The notes beneath the pieces are model-generated. The model was not told the DNA's origin. It made no database searches and saw nothing but the letters and a program-made list of their open reading frames with translations. 64,000 nt of DNA from positions 1,376,001 through 1,440,000 of the forward strand of contig OZ241889.1 of the NCBI GenBank assembly GCA_965203355.1, read 5' to 3'. The first letter of the stretch is position 1, and each line of letters starts with the position of its first letter. Origin of the DNA: Candidatus Latescibacterota bacterium. GTDB taxonomy: Bacteria > Latescibacterota > UBA2968 > UBA8231. A program made the position numbers and the translations under genes. This document shows positions 37,792-47,844 of this stretch, piece after piece.

Positions 37792-39978
37792 CATGCTCGA
37801 TACCGCTACCAAACGCCGCATTGACACGGCCCGCGATATTCTCGTCGGCAAGGTGCCCGATCCGAAGAGCCAAGTGGAGCAGATTACGATCGCGCTGATC
37901 TACAAGTTTATGGACGATATTGACGCCGAGAGTGAGGAATTGGGAGGGGAGCGTGCGTTTTTTGCTGGCGATTTTGCGCGTTATGGTTGGCCGCAACTGG
38001 TGCGCGCTGGTTTGGGCGGTCACGAGACGTTGAATTTGTACGCCGAGGCGATCGCTCGGATGCCGGAAAATCCGGGCATTCCGCCGCTGTTCCGCGACAT
38101 TTTCAACAACGCTTATTTGCCCTACCGCGATCCGGAAACTTTGCGCGCTTTTCTCAAGGTTATTGACGAGTTTGCGTACGATCACAGCGAGCGGCTGGGC
38201 GATGCTTTTGAGTATTTGCTGTCGGTTCTTGGTTCGCAGGGCGATGCCGGGCAGTTCCGGACGCCGCGTCATATTATTGATTTTATCGTCGCCATTATCG
38301 ATCCGAAAAAAGACGAAACGGTGCTCGATCCGGCTTGTGGTACGGCCGGGTTTCTGATTTCGTCGTACAAGCACATTCTCAAGGCCAATACGGACGGCGA
38401 GGGTAACAGTACGCTGACGCCGGACGAGAAGGGGGCACTCGCGGCGAACTTCAAGGGTTATGACATTTCGCCTGATATGGTGCGGTTGTCGCTGGTGAAT
38501 TTGTATTTGCATGGTTTTGTCGATCCGCATATTGCCGAATACGACACTTTGACGAGCGAGGAGCGCTGGAGCGAATATGCCGATGTGATTTTGGCTAATC
38601 CGCCGTTTATGTCGCCGAAGGGTGGCATTCGTCCGCATCGCCGCTTTTCGGTGGAGTCCAAACGCAGCGAGGTGCTGTTCGTCGATTACATTGCCGAGCA
38701 TCTGACGCCGGTGGGGCGGGCTGGGGTTATCGTGCCAGAGGGGATCATTTTTCAGAGCCAGAATGCACACAAGCAGCTTCGCAAGATGCTGGTGGAGAAT
38801 TATTTGGTGGCGGTCATTTCGCTGCCGGCGGGCGTGTTTCAGCCGTATTCGGGGGTTAAGACTTCTATTCTGCTGCTGGACAAGGCACTGGCGCAAAAGA
38901 CGGATCGCGTGGCTTTTTTCAAGGTGGAGAATGATGGGTTTGATTTGGGGGCGCAGCGGCGAGCAATTGACGCGAATGATTTGCCGAAGGTGAGGGCGGA
39001 GTTGGGGGAGTATTTGGAGCGGCTGCGGGTGGGGACTCATGGTGTGGCGGAACCAACTGGGCTTGGGTTGATTGCTGAGAAGGAGAAGATTGCGGAGGGG
39101 GGGGAGTGGAATTTGAGTGGGGAGAGGTATCGGGAAGGTAGTGCTCGTATGTCGCATTTTCCTATCGTGGCATTAGGTAAAGTAGCGGAAGTCGTCGCTG
39201 GCCAATCACCACCGGGAAAATCCTACAACGAAAATGGTGTTGGAGTGCCGTTCTATCAGGGGAAAACCGAATTCGGTCGAATGTTCATTGGCGAGCCTAC
39301 AAAATGGACTACTGACCCGCAAAGGTTCGCCGAGGACGGTGATATTCTAATGTCGGTTCGTGCTCCTGTTGGACCTGTCAACCTTACCACTCAGAAGATT
39401 TGTATAGGCCGGGGGCTAGCTGCAATTAGGCCGATGGAAGGTCATGTAATCACAACCTATATCTTTTACGTTCTGCATAGCATAGAATCAGAAATAACTG
39501 GTAGTACCGGAGCTGCGTTTGCATCAATAAACAAAGGCGACATTGAGAGCATCCAAATTCCCTTGCCACCGCTAGAAATACAGCGGGAGATTGTGGCGGA
39601 GATTGAGGGGTATCAGCGGGTGATGGATGGGGCGCGGGCGGTGATTGATAACTATCGGCCGCAGATTGTGGTTGATCCTGAGTGGCCGATGGTTTCTTTA
39701 GGTGACTTAGAGCTTTTTTGCATTGAAAGCGGTGGTACGCCGAAGTCCAGTGTAAAAGAATATTGGGATGGAGGTATACCGTGGGCAACATTAGTCGATT
39801 TATCACCAACTGAACTTGTCGCTGAGATTAGAACTACACAACGCACAATTAGCGAAATCGGCCTTTCTAAGTCGTCGGCGAAACTGATTCCCGAAAACTC
39901 CGTCGTTGTTTCAACTCGTGCTACAATAGGTCGAATTGGCATTAATCGAATACCGTTGGCGACCAATCAGGGATTTAA

Positions 39979-40906
39979 GAAGCCTTTTTAAAATTCACTT
40001 TTAGTTGATTTTCCCTTGAAAGGACGTACCCATGAACCGACCTTTAGGTTTCATCACAAAGCCTGAAAGGGGGGTTATATATGGGTACGCCCGGTGTAGA
40101 ATATGCGACGGATTTGACCGATGCACAATGGCTGTTACTTGCTCGTCTGCTGCCTCGGGGCCGTTGGCGTCAAGGGGGTCCGGGTCGGCCACCTCGGGCG
40201 GTGCGTTTGGTGATGAATGGTCTACTGTATCGGGCTAAAACCGGGTGTCCTTGGCCGATGCTGCCGCGGTGTTTTGGGCCTTGGCAAACGGTGTATGGCT
40301 ACTTCAATCGCTGGCGTCAACAAGGGGTTTGGCCACAGATACTCGACGCCCTAACCAGGCAGGATCGCATCCAGCACGGCCGGGCACCGACCCCGTCGGC
40401 GGGGATCGTGGACGCGCAGAGCGTTACCACGGCCACCCAAGGTAAAAGTGTTGGATACGATGCCGGCAAGAAGGTTAAAGGACGCAAACGCCATCTGTTG
40501 GTCGACACCGAGGGTCGTCTGATTGAGTGTGTGGTGACCGCTGCTTCGACCTCGGATGCCGACGGCTTGAAGACCTTGTTGAAAACCTACTTTTCACCCA
40601 CGGTACAAAGGTTACGCAAGCTGTGGGTGGATGGAGCCTATAAAGGCGCGCCGCTTAGGCAATGGGTGGCTCAAAAAAAAAACGCACAAAATAGACCTTG
40701 AAGTCGTATCCAGACAAGGCTCCGGCTTTGAGGTGCTCCCTCGTCGTTGGGTCGTCGAACGAACGTTTGCTTGGCTACTCAACTATCGAGTCCATGCCAA
40801 AGACTACGAGCACCTAACTTGCAATAGTGAAGCCTTTATCCAAATCGCGATGATCCATTTGATACTCAAGCGAATCGCTAAAAAAAATGAATTTTAAAAA
40901 CGCTTC
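39979..40906 (+). mobile_element. IS5-family insertion sequence, 928 bp
   Basis: 19-bp TIRs with 18/19 match (GAAGCCTTTTTAAAATTCA / TGAATTTTAAAAACGCTTC), flanked by TAA and TTA; encodes a DDE transposase. Confidence 0.93.
40081..40897 (+). CDS. IS5 family transposase, split at an A10 run (40673-40682)
   Basis: [43 protein letters not shown] in frame 1; [12 protein letters not shown] in frame 2. Confidence 0.88.
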
Positions 40907-41098
40907 TTAGAACATTATTGTCAAAAACCCATTGCGGGCGATACCCGAATATATCGCTTTTGCTATAACGAAACTTGTGCCTACTATGAACGCTTGGGCT
41001 AGCGGCGGTACGTTCAAAGAAATTTCCAAATCAAAGTTTTGTGATCTGCAAATCCCCCTCCCCTCACTCGAAACCCAACGCGCCATTGTCGCCGAAAT

Positions 41099-41195
41099 CG
41101 AAGCCGAGCAGTCGCTTGTCGCCGCTAATCGAGAGTTAGTGGAGCGGATGGCGGGGAAGATTCGGGCGGCGATTGGGCGGGTGTGGGGAGACGAG
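41099..41195. repeat. 97-bp direct repeat, copy 1 (3' end of hsdS)
   Basis: 96/97 identical to 43475-43571. Confidence 0.92.
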
Positions 41196-41230
41196 CAGGG
41201 TGAAGCGAGGAACTCAGAAGAAGGAAGCCC

Positions 41231-41455
41231 GTGATGACCAGACAGTGGACAGCAATTATCGAGCGCGAAGGCGATGGCTACGTCGCCCTCTGTCCTGAGT
41301 TGGATATCGCTAGTCAGGGCGCAACCGTGGCCGCGGCGCGGGAAAACTTGAAAGAAGCGTTGGAGTTGTTTTTCGAGACGGCTTCAGCCGCTGAAATTGA
41401 GCATCGGCTGCACGAGGAAGTGTATGTAACGCAGGTGGAGGTCGCGTTTGGCTAG
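41231..41455 (+). CDS. hicB: HicB family antitoxin
   Basis: AIIEREGDGYVALCPELDIASQGATVAAARENLKEALELF. Confidence 0.88.
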   Translation: MMTRQWTAIIEREGDGYVALCPELDIASQGATVAAARENLKEALELFFETASAAEIEHRLHEEVYVTQVEVAFG

Positions 41456-41588
41456 ACTGCGCGTGTTATCGGGCCGGAAAGTATGCGAAATACTCGCGCA
41501 TCATGGATTTACTGAGGTCCGGCGCAAAGGTAGCCATGACCTTTCTCCTGCGAAAGAGGAAGATTTGTCGCCGCTTGAGGCCGTATGA
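41448..41588 (+). pseudogene. hicA: Truncated HicA toxin
   Basis: TTG start overlapping hicB; ARLRVLSGRKVCEILAHHGFTEVRRKGSH then unrelated sequence, stop after 46 aa. Confidence 0.7.
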
Positions 41589-41682
41589 TACCTTATGATC
41601 CGCAGAACGATAAAAATGAGACGATCCGAACCTCAAACTGTTCAGTCATTCAGAATTGCTACATAAGCGAGGAGTGAAAGCC

Positions 41683-42720
41683 ATGTTGAAACGCTTGCAG
41701 ATACAAAATTTTCGCGGCTTCAACGCGCTCAAAATTAACCAATTGAGCCAGATTAATCTCATTGCCGGTAAGAATAATTCCGGCAAGACCAGCTTACTTG
41801 AGGCAATGTTTCTGCTATCCAGTGCCGGAAACGCACAAATGGCCGTAAATCCCAATGTTATTCGGGGCATAGAACTAGGTGCTCCGCTGCGAGATCCCTT
41901 CTGGAAACAGTTCTTCTACAACTTGGACATGGGACTTCATATTGGGATTAAAGGATATTATAAATCGCGTGAATTGACTTTGAAGATCACCGCGGAGCGA
42001 CAGCCCACCACCAAAATACCCCTTGAGCGGACGGATGGAATTTCGACGACGAACCTTTTCGACGAACGTTCGCTCACATTCCAATATAGCGATTCTAAAA
42101 ATAAAAAAATCAAAAGCCATATATGGATTGAGGGACAGGAGTTTAAAGTCGAGCAACCCAATATAAATATCCTTTTGCCTGTGGCGATTCTCTTGTCTCG
42201 GAGTAGGAATATCTATGAAGATGCCATGAGGCTGGGACAATTAAGAAAGAAGAAACAGGGCGATTTGCTCTTAAAAGCACTACAGGTCATCGAACCGAAT
42301 CTACAGAGCATTGAGGAAAATTCCTCCAGCGGCACACCCATGATCTGGGGGGATATTGGATTGTCCGAACTGGTGCCGCTGTCGGCAATGGGTGACGGCA
42401 TGACTCAGATCGCCCGGATTGTTTTGGCGATAGCTTTCATGCCGAACGGCGTCGTTTTGATAGATGAGGTTGAAAACGGTATTCACCACTCGGTGCTGCC
42501 CGATGTCTGGCGAGCTATTGACGAAGCGGCCAAGCAGTTCCGTACGCAGATATTTGCGACCACGCATAGTTTTGAATGTATAGAAGCAGCGCATCAAGCT
42601 CTTGGCTCTGATGGCTTTCTCCTACACCGGCTTGAAGCTGGAGACGCGGAAAATCGTTGTGTTACCTACGAACCGGATTCAATCGCTGCCGCGATTCAAC
42701 ACGGCCTTGAGGTGCGCTGA
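41683..42720 (+). CDS. AAA_15/AAA_21 ABC-type ATPase
   Basis: IQNFRGF, GKNNSGKTS, MGDG signature, LIDEVENGIH, ATTHS. Confidence 0.9.
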   Translation: MLKRLQIQNFRGFNALKINQLSQINLIAGKNNSGKTSLLEAMFLLSSAGNAQMAVNPNVIRGIELGAPLRDPFWKQFFYNLDMGLHIGIKGYYKSRELTLKITAERQPTTKIPLERTDGISTTNLFDERSLTFQYSDSKNKKIKSHIWIEGQEFKVEQPNINILLPVAILLSRSRNIYEDAMRLGQLRKKKQGDLLLKALQVIEPNLQSIEENSSSGTPMIWGDIGLSELVPLSAMGDGMTQIARIVLAIAFMPNGVVLIDEVENGIHHSVLPDVWRAIDEAAKQFRTQIFATTHSFECIEAAHQALGSDGFLLHRLEAGDAENRCVTYEPDSIAAAIQHGLEVR

Positions 42721-42722
42721 GC

Positions 42723-43355
42723 ATGGCAAAAGCAATACAGATTGAATCGGCGATCCAGCTTCTCGTCGAAGGCAATGATCCGCGTAACTTCTTTGAAGCG
42801 TTTATCAAGCATCAATCGACTGCAAATATCCAGCTTCAGAATTTCGGCGGTGTGAGTGAGCTGAGTGGTTTTCTTCGTGCATTTGTGAACTCGCCGGATT
42901 TTCAGACTGTTCAGAGTCTCGGCATTGTGCGGGATGCGGAAACATCCGCTGACGGAGCATTCCGCAGCGTTCAGTCGGCCCTGCGGAATGTTACAAATGT
43001 TACACTACCTGTGCCGGACAGCCCTGCAGAGCGCACTGGCATCAGTCCGGCAGTGACGGTGCTGATACTACCCGGGGATAATCGCCAAGGGATGCTTGAG
43101 ACGCTACTTTGCGAGACCTTTGCGGACGATCCGGTGAATCGCTGCATTGATGATTTTTTTAAGTGCGTCGAACCTTTGCCAGACACGTCCCAAAAGAACC
43201 CAGACAAAGCTCGCGCCCATGCCTATCTGACGACAAAGTGCCAGCCCCATGTTTCCGTAGGTGTGGCCGCACAGAAGGGCTATTGGAATTTGAACCACAG
43301 CGTCTTCAGCACTGTCGGCGACTTTCTGCAAACGATAGCTACAACCGATCCATGA
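42723..43355 (+). CDS. DUF3226-like (TOPRIM-related) protein
   Basis: LLVEGND, GIVRDAE, LPG..GMLETL, KARAHAYL; 2 nt after the ATPase stop. Confidence 0.75.
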   Translation: MAKAIQIESAIQLLVEGNDPRNFFEAFIKHQSTANIQLQNFGGVSELSGFLRAFVNSPDFQTVQSLGIVRDAETSADGAFRSVQSALRNVTNVTLPVPDSPAERTGISPAVTVLILPGDNRQGMLETLLCETFADDPVNRCIDDFFKCVEPLPDTSQKNPDKARAHAYLTTKCQPHVSVGVAAQKGYWNLNHSVFSTVGDFLQTIATTDP

Positions 43356-43474
43356 GCGACTACAGGAAAGATAGAATCAGCCGGAAGTTCCGCTAAACGA
43401 TCAAGGGACCAGCCGCTCATTGGTTCGTGTTTATTCCAACAGCCACGCAGATATTATAGTGCATTAGCGCAAGC

Positions 43475-43571
43475 CGAAGCCGAGCAGTCGCTTGTCGCCG
43501 CTAATCGAGAGTTAGTGGAGCGGATGGCGGGGAAGATTCGGGCGGCGATTGGGCGGGTGTGTGGAGACGAG
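43475..43571. repeat. 97-bp direct repeat, copy 2 (orphan hsdS 3' end ending GDE-TAA)
   Basis: 96/97 identical to 41099-41195. Confidence 0.92.
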
Positions 43572-43601
43572 TAACCTGATGCGGTGCGTTACGCCGTGCC
43601 C

Positions 43602-44489
43602 CTATTGAGCTTTGTCTAGCAGGGACCTAAAGGCTTCGAGGCTGGTCACCTGTAGGGCCGCTCGGTGCAACTGTTTGAGTCGCGGCACCTCGTCGATGGC
43701 CCCTAAGCGGGCGACCACGCCGCGCACGGCCTCGGGCTGAAAGCGCAGTTCCAACACTGCTTGGATGCTTTCGCGAATGCCTTGTTCGATGCCTTGTTCG
43801 ATGCCTTGTTCAAGTGCCTTTTCCGTGAAATACTGCACTACCGACGATTCGTACATGGTCGCCTCCGAAATGATGGTCATAATCGTTTCTAAGTTATACA
43901 CCAACCCGCTCAAAATCGCAAGATCAGCCAAGTAATTGGCTTTGACCGGCTCGTCGAGAGGGGCCTGTTGCGCCCGGTGGATACACTGACGCAACCACGC
44001 CTCGGCCTCCACCCCCGTCGGCGGTTGCATCAACGGCGCAAACGGCAGCAAGCCCATCAGACCGCGGTCGAGTATGCGTTGGCCGTCCAGTTGGCTCAGC
44101 CGAATCACCTTGTATTGCACCAGTACGCGGTAGCCATGCTGCGCTTGGAGATAGTGTCCCGGGTCGCGCTGGCCGGCGTTGGGGCGCAGGTAGATGACGT
44201 TGGAATAGAGGGGTAGGCCGTGCTGCTCGATGCCGCGGCCGATGTAACCGGCCATGCGCTGCGGCATGGGGGGGTTGCTGTCGGTGGTTTGAAATTCGTG
44301 ATGGATGAGGGCCTCCTCGTCGTGGATGCGCACGCGGATGAGGCTGTCGGTGCGGTGGGTCTCGACGGTGGGTTGTTCGGTGTCGAGAATGTCGAGGACT
44401 TCGAGGTCGTCTTGTTGGAGGGCGAAGCGGGCGAAGTCGCGGGGATAGGTGTGGATGAGGTGTTTGGCGATGGTATCGAATTCGGCCAT
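43602..44489 (-). CDS. Rpn/YhgA-like PD-(D/E)xK nuclease (putative transposase)
   Basis: FDTIAKHL, RTDSLI, IHHEFQT, MPQRMAGY, GLLPFAPL, (EQGI)x3 tail. Confidence 0.8.
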   Translation of the reverse strand: MAEFDTIAKHLIHTYPRDFARFALQQDDLEVLDILDTEQPTVETHRTDSLIRVRIHDEEALIHHEFQTTDSNPPMPQRMAGYIGRGIEQHGLPLYSNVIYLRPNAGQRDPGHYLQAQHGYRVLVQYKVIRLSQLDGQRILDRGLMGLLPFAPLMQPPTGVEAEAWLRQCIHRAQQAPLDEPVKANYLADLAILSGLVYNLETIMTIISEATMYESSVVQYFTEKALEQGIEQGIEQGIRESIQAVLELRFQPEAVRGVVARLGAIDEVPRLKQLHRAALQVTSLEAFRSLLDKAQ

Positions 44490-44763
44490 GGTGCTCCAGT
44501 AGGCATTAGCGGGTTCAGCGCGGTGAGGGCAATGCCTACGCTGCAATAATCATGCCAAGGCTGCGGCTCAGGGGGCAGGAGGGGCTATGAGGGGCTGGAG
44601 TGTAGCGAAAAGGATACAGCGATGGGTGGTTAGGGACCAAAACGACGTCCGGTCTGATGGCTGCAACCGAATCGCGGCGGCGGGTCGCTCCTTTCACGAC
44701 GTCGACAAAACCACTGTCAACGAATTTGTGGAATAAATGGCAGGACCTGCTTAAAACAGTTCC

Positions 44764-46038
44764 CTACCAATAGCTCAGCGCGTCTGCAAACATCCCCGCG
44801 AGTTGCTCGGCGTCCGCCGCTCGCGGCGAGAGCTTGGTCACGCGATGCTGCGGCAGCGTGCCCTCGACGAGCGCTGGGATGTGCTGGCTAGCGTAGCCGA
44901 GGGCGCTGAGGCCGTTGGGTGCGCCGAGTTGGCGCATCAGCAAGATGATGCGGTCGGCCAAGATCGCGCCCGCGTCCTCGGCTCTTGCTCCGCTACAATC
45001 GGCTCCCAAGACGCTGGCCGCACGCAGATGTCGCTCGGGGCAAGCCGGCGCGGTAAAGCGAAAGACCGCCGGCGAGTTGACGATCACGGCAAATCCGTGT
45101 GGCACCAGCGGATGATCGATAGCGTATCCCTCGGGCGCATAGCTTTCCACCATGCCAGCCACCGGATAGGACATGCCGTGCGGCAAGTGGACGCCGGCGT
45201 TGCCAAAGCCAATGCCAGCGAGGGCCGCGGCCAAGCACATGGCGCTGCGGGCGTCGTCGTCGCTGGGGTCGGCCACGGCGCGGGGCAAAAATCGCTCCAC
45301 CAACCGCAAAGCCTCCAACGCCCACAAGTCGCTGATTGGATTCGAGCCTTGGTAGGCGGGCCGCAGTTGGGGACGGTCGGGTTGGGGCCGCTGATTAAAC
45401 GGCAGGGCCGTGTACGACTCCAAGGCGTGCGAGAGCACGTCGAGGCCGGTTGCGGCGGCCACCGGCGGCGGCATGGAGCGCGTGTTGTCGGGATCGACGA
45501 TGCCCAAGGTCGGGCGCATGTAGCGGTGGGCTATGCCGGTCTTGGCTTTCATCTCGACGAAATCGAAGATCGCCACGCCCGTGGTCTCGCTGCCGGTGCC
45601 AGCGGTGGTGGGAACGGCGATCAGCGGCTTGAGCGGACCGGGCACGGGCGCACCCCGGCCAATGGGCGCGTTGACGTAGGTGAGGAAATCGGCCGGGTAC
45701 GTGGTGTACACGTTGGCCGCTTTAGCCGTGTCCATCACCGACCCGCCGCCGATGGCGACGAACCCGTCAAACCCTTGTTCGGCAAATGTAATGGCCGCCT
45801 TGAACGAGGCGTCGGTCGGCTCGACGCGCACTTGGTCGAACAGCGCGTACTCGACGCCCGCTTCGGCCATGGCCGCCAAGGCCGTCTGCACGGGCGCTTG
45901 CTCGCGCAAGTTTGGGTCCGTCAAAACCATGACCCGCTTCAGCCCTTGGTCCTTGAGATCCATGCCGATCTCCTTGGTGATGCCCGGACCGAAGCGAATG
46001 TTGGATGTGGCGATTTCGTAGGCCGTGTCGAGTAGCAT
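44764..46038 (-). CDS. Hydroxyacid-oxoacid transhydrogenase (Fe-ADH family)
   Basis: GGGSVMDTAK, YVNAPIG, PTTAGTGSE, RPAYQGSNP, GVHLPHGMSYPV. Confidence 0.9.
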   Translation of the reverse strand: MLLDTAYEIATSNIRFGPGITKEIGMDLKDQGLKRVMVLTDPNLREQAPVQTALAAMAEAGVEYALFDQVRVEPTDASFKAAITFAEQGFDGFVAIGGGSVMDTAKAANVYTTYPADFLTYVNAPIGRGAPVPGPLKPLIAVPTTAGTGSETTGVAIFDFVEMKAKTGIAHRYMRPTLGIVDPDNTRSMPPPVAAATGLDVLSHALESYTALPFNQRPQPDRPQLRPAYQGSNPISDLWALEALRLVERFLPRAVADPSDDDARSAMCLAAALAGIGFGNAGVHLPHGMSYPVAGMVESYAPEGYAIDHPLVPHGFAVIVNSPAVFRFTAPACPERHLRAASVLGADCSGARAEDAGAILADRIILLMRQLGAPNGLSALGYASQHIPALVEGTLPQHRVTKLSPRAADAEQLAGMFADALSYW

Positions 46039-46052
46039 AGGGTTGCCTTTCG

Positions 46053-46186
46053 GTGGTCAGTGGCCGGTGGCCGGTGGCCGGTGGCCAGCGACCAAGAGGA
46101 CCACGCATCAGAACCGATCACTGACCACTGATTACTGATCACTGACCACTGACCACTGATCACTGACCACTGACCACTGACCACTG
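46053..46186. repeat. Inverted pair of heptamer arrays: (GTGGYCR)x5 ... (CTGAYYA)x10
   Basis: Arms 46053-46087 and 46114-46186 have reverse-complementary units. Confidence 0.85.
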
Positions 46187-46256
46187 CCGAATATAGGCTT
46201 GACTTGGAACGGGCGGCAAGGTCTAGTTAAAGAGGCTTTGAAAATGGGAGAGCGCC

Positions 46257-46682
46257 GTGGTTGAACAAGCGAATAGGAGGCCCGAGGAAGTGGAGGAAGG
46301 GCCGCAGTTGACCTTGGATTTTGGCAAGGTACAGCGGGCTGCGGCCTGTGGCGAGGGCTTGGTGCCGGTGGCGGTACAGGACGCGGACAGCGGTGAAGTG
46401 CTGATCGTGGCGTACGTCAATGAAGAGGCGTTGAACTATGCGCGGCGCGAGGGCGTGGCCGCATTTTGGAGCACGTCGCGCAACGAGTTGTGGGTCAAGG
46501 GCGCGACCTCGGGCAATGGGCTCGAACTGGTCGAAATCCGCGTCAACTGCGAGCAAAATTCGCTGCTGTATCGCGTCCGACTCAAAGGAGAGGGAGCGTG
46601 TCACACGTTGGGCGCAGATGGGCGGGCGCGGTTGGGGTGTTACTATCGGCGGCTCGTGGGGGAGCAGCTCGAACCGATTTGA
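46257..46682 (+). CDS. hisI: Phosphoribosyl-AMP cyclohydrolase
   Basis: GLVPVAVQD, WSTSRNELWVKGATSGN, VNCEQNSL, ACHT, CYYR. Confidence 0.92.
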   Translation: MVEQANRRPEEVEEGPQLTLDFGKVQRAAACGEGLVPVAVQDADSGEVLIVAYVNEEALNYARREGVAAFWSTSRNELWVKGATSGNGLELVEIRVNCEQNSLLYRVRLKGEGACHTLGADGRARLGCYYRRLVGEQLEPI

Positions 46683-46727
46683 ATTGCGCTGGGCGGATTG
46701 CATTTTTGCAGATAGGAGGACTAGGCG

Positions 46728-47255
46728 ATGGCTAATGCCGTGATTGTCGTGGACATGCAGAACGGCTTTATGCGTCCAGACGGGACGCTCTACTGCGGTG
46801 ACCACGCCCGGGCGATCATCCCGCGCATCGCCGCGCGGGTCGAGCGCGAAAAGGCCGCTGGGGCCGCGCTGTTTTTTACCCAAGACAGCCACACCGCCAA
46901 CGACCGCGAGTTTGAGATGTTTTCTCCGCACTGTATTGCAGGCAGCGAGGAGGAGCGCATCATTGATGAGCTGGCGTCGCTGGCCCAAGACGCGCAAATC
47001 GTCAAAAAGCGACGCTACAGTGCCTTTTTTGGGACCGAGCTGGCTGCGATGTTGAACGAGTTAGCGCCGGACAAGGTCGTGGTGATGGGCGATTGCACGG
47101 ACATTTGCGTCCTGCACACTGTGGCCGGGCTGCGCAACCGCGACTATCGAGTCGAGGTCCCGGCCGATTGCGTGGCCAGCTTTGATCCCCAACAACACGA
47201 GTGGGCCTTGGGGCATATAGAAAAAATCCTCGGCGCACAGGTTACTAACCGCTAA
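46728..47255 (+). CDS. pncA: Nicotinamidase (isochorismatase-like cysteine hydrolase)
   Basis: VVDMQNGF, DSH, HC, KRRYSAF, GDCTDICV; operon context with pncB and nadE. Confidence 0.8.
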   Translation: MANAVIVVDMQNGFMRPDGTLYCGDHARAIIPRIAARVEREKAAGAALFFTQDSHTANDREFEMFSPHCIAGSEEERIIDELASLAQDAQIVKKRRYSAFFGTELAAMLNELAPDKVVVMGDCTDICVLHTVAGLRNRDYRVEVPADCVASFDPQQHEWALGHIEKILGAQVTNR

Positions 47256-47341
47256 CATAAGGAGTCCAACTCCAACCTCATGGACGTGATGGCCTTCTGA
47301 CGTTCCCTAACCCAACCTATTCCTAACGAAGGAGACAAACC

Positions 47342-47803
47342 ATGAAGATCGTCTTTTCGTTGGCCATCTTGGCCTTCACCCTCACCGCCTGCGAAGGCCC
47401 GTCCAAGACAATGGGACCCCAGCAGGAAGTGGTGCCACTTGAAAAACAGACTGTTTCACTGGAAGATGGAACCATCATTGCACTGGAGTTATCCTATGCC
47501 CTCTATGATGATACCAACACCATCTTCATAGAAGATGATCGGATAACGCCCACAACCTTCCAAGCCCTTTACTTCAAGATGACGAGTCCTGGGACGGCGG
47601 AGGCAGCCTACGTGCCCGTAGACTACATGATGCTGTTCATGTTGTCGACCCTGTACGAGTGGAACGAGATGCAAGTGCCCTTCCTGCTCATTGGCGAAGG
47701 GTATCTTGCAATTTCCGACACAGAAAGGACGCTCTTGGGGTATGGCACCACCATGGAGTTGGGATCATACGATGTTGACTTAGCGATCCTAGTGTCGCAG
47801 TAA
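47342..47803 (+). CDS. Hypothetical lipoprotein
   Basis: AAGGAG RBS, MKIVFSLAILAFTLTAC lipobox. Confidence 0.8.
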   Translation: MKIVFSLAILAFTLTACEGPSKTMGPQQEVVPLEKQTVSLEDGTIIALELSYALYDDTNTIFIEDDRITPTTFQALYFKMTSPGTAEAAYVPVDYMMLFMLSTLYEWNEMQVPFLLIGEGYLAISDTERTLLGYGTTMELGSYDVDLAILVSQ

Positions 47804-47844
47804 CCCTTAACCTCAGAAAACCACCTAACCAAGGAGCAAAAACC

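Larger units (their letters stand above)
37793..41234 (+). pseudogene. Fused type I HsdM-HsdS (N6-adenine MTase plus two TRDs), interrupted by an IS in TRD2
   Basis: GQFRTP, LDPACGTAGFL, NPPF; TRD1; PLPPLEIQREIVAEI; removing 39979-40909 restores TNQGFK-NIIVKNPLRAIPEY...PLPSLETQRAIVAEI. Confidence 0.88.

Noticed and set aside
37703-39157. 484-aa - strand ORF
   Set aside because: Antisense shadow of hsdM
43778-43811. 12-bp x3 repeat in the Rpn-like gene
   Set aside because: Ordinary (EQGI)n tail typical of this family
44803-46035. 410-aa + strand ORF
   Set aside because: Antisense shadow of the transhydrogenase gene
46053-46186. Possible CRISPR array
   Set aside because: 7-bp units without unique spacers, and no cas genes in the window
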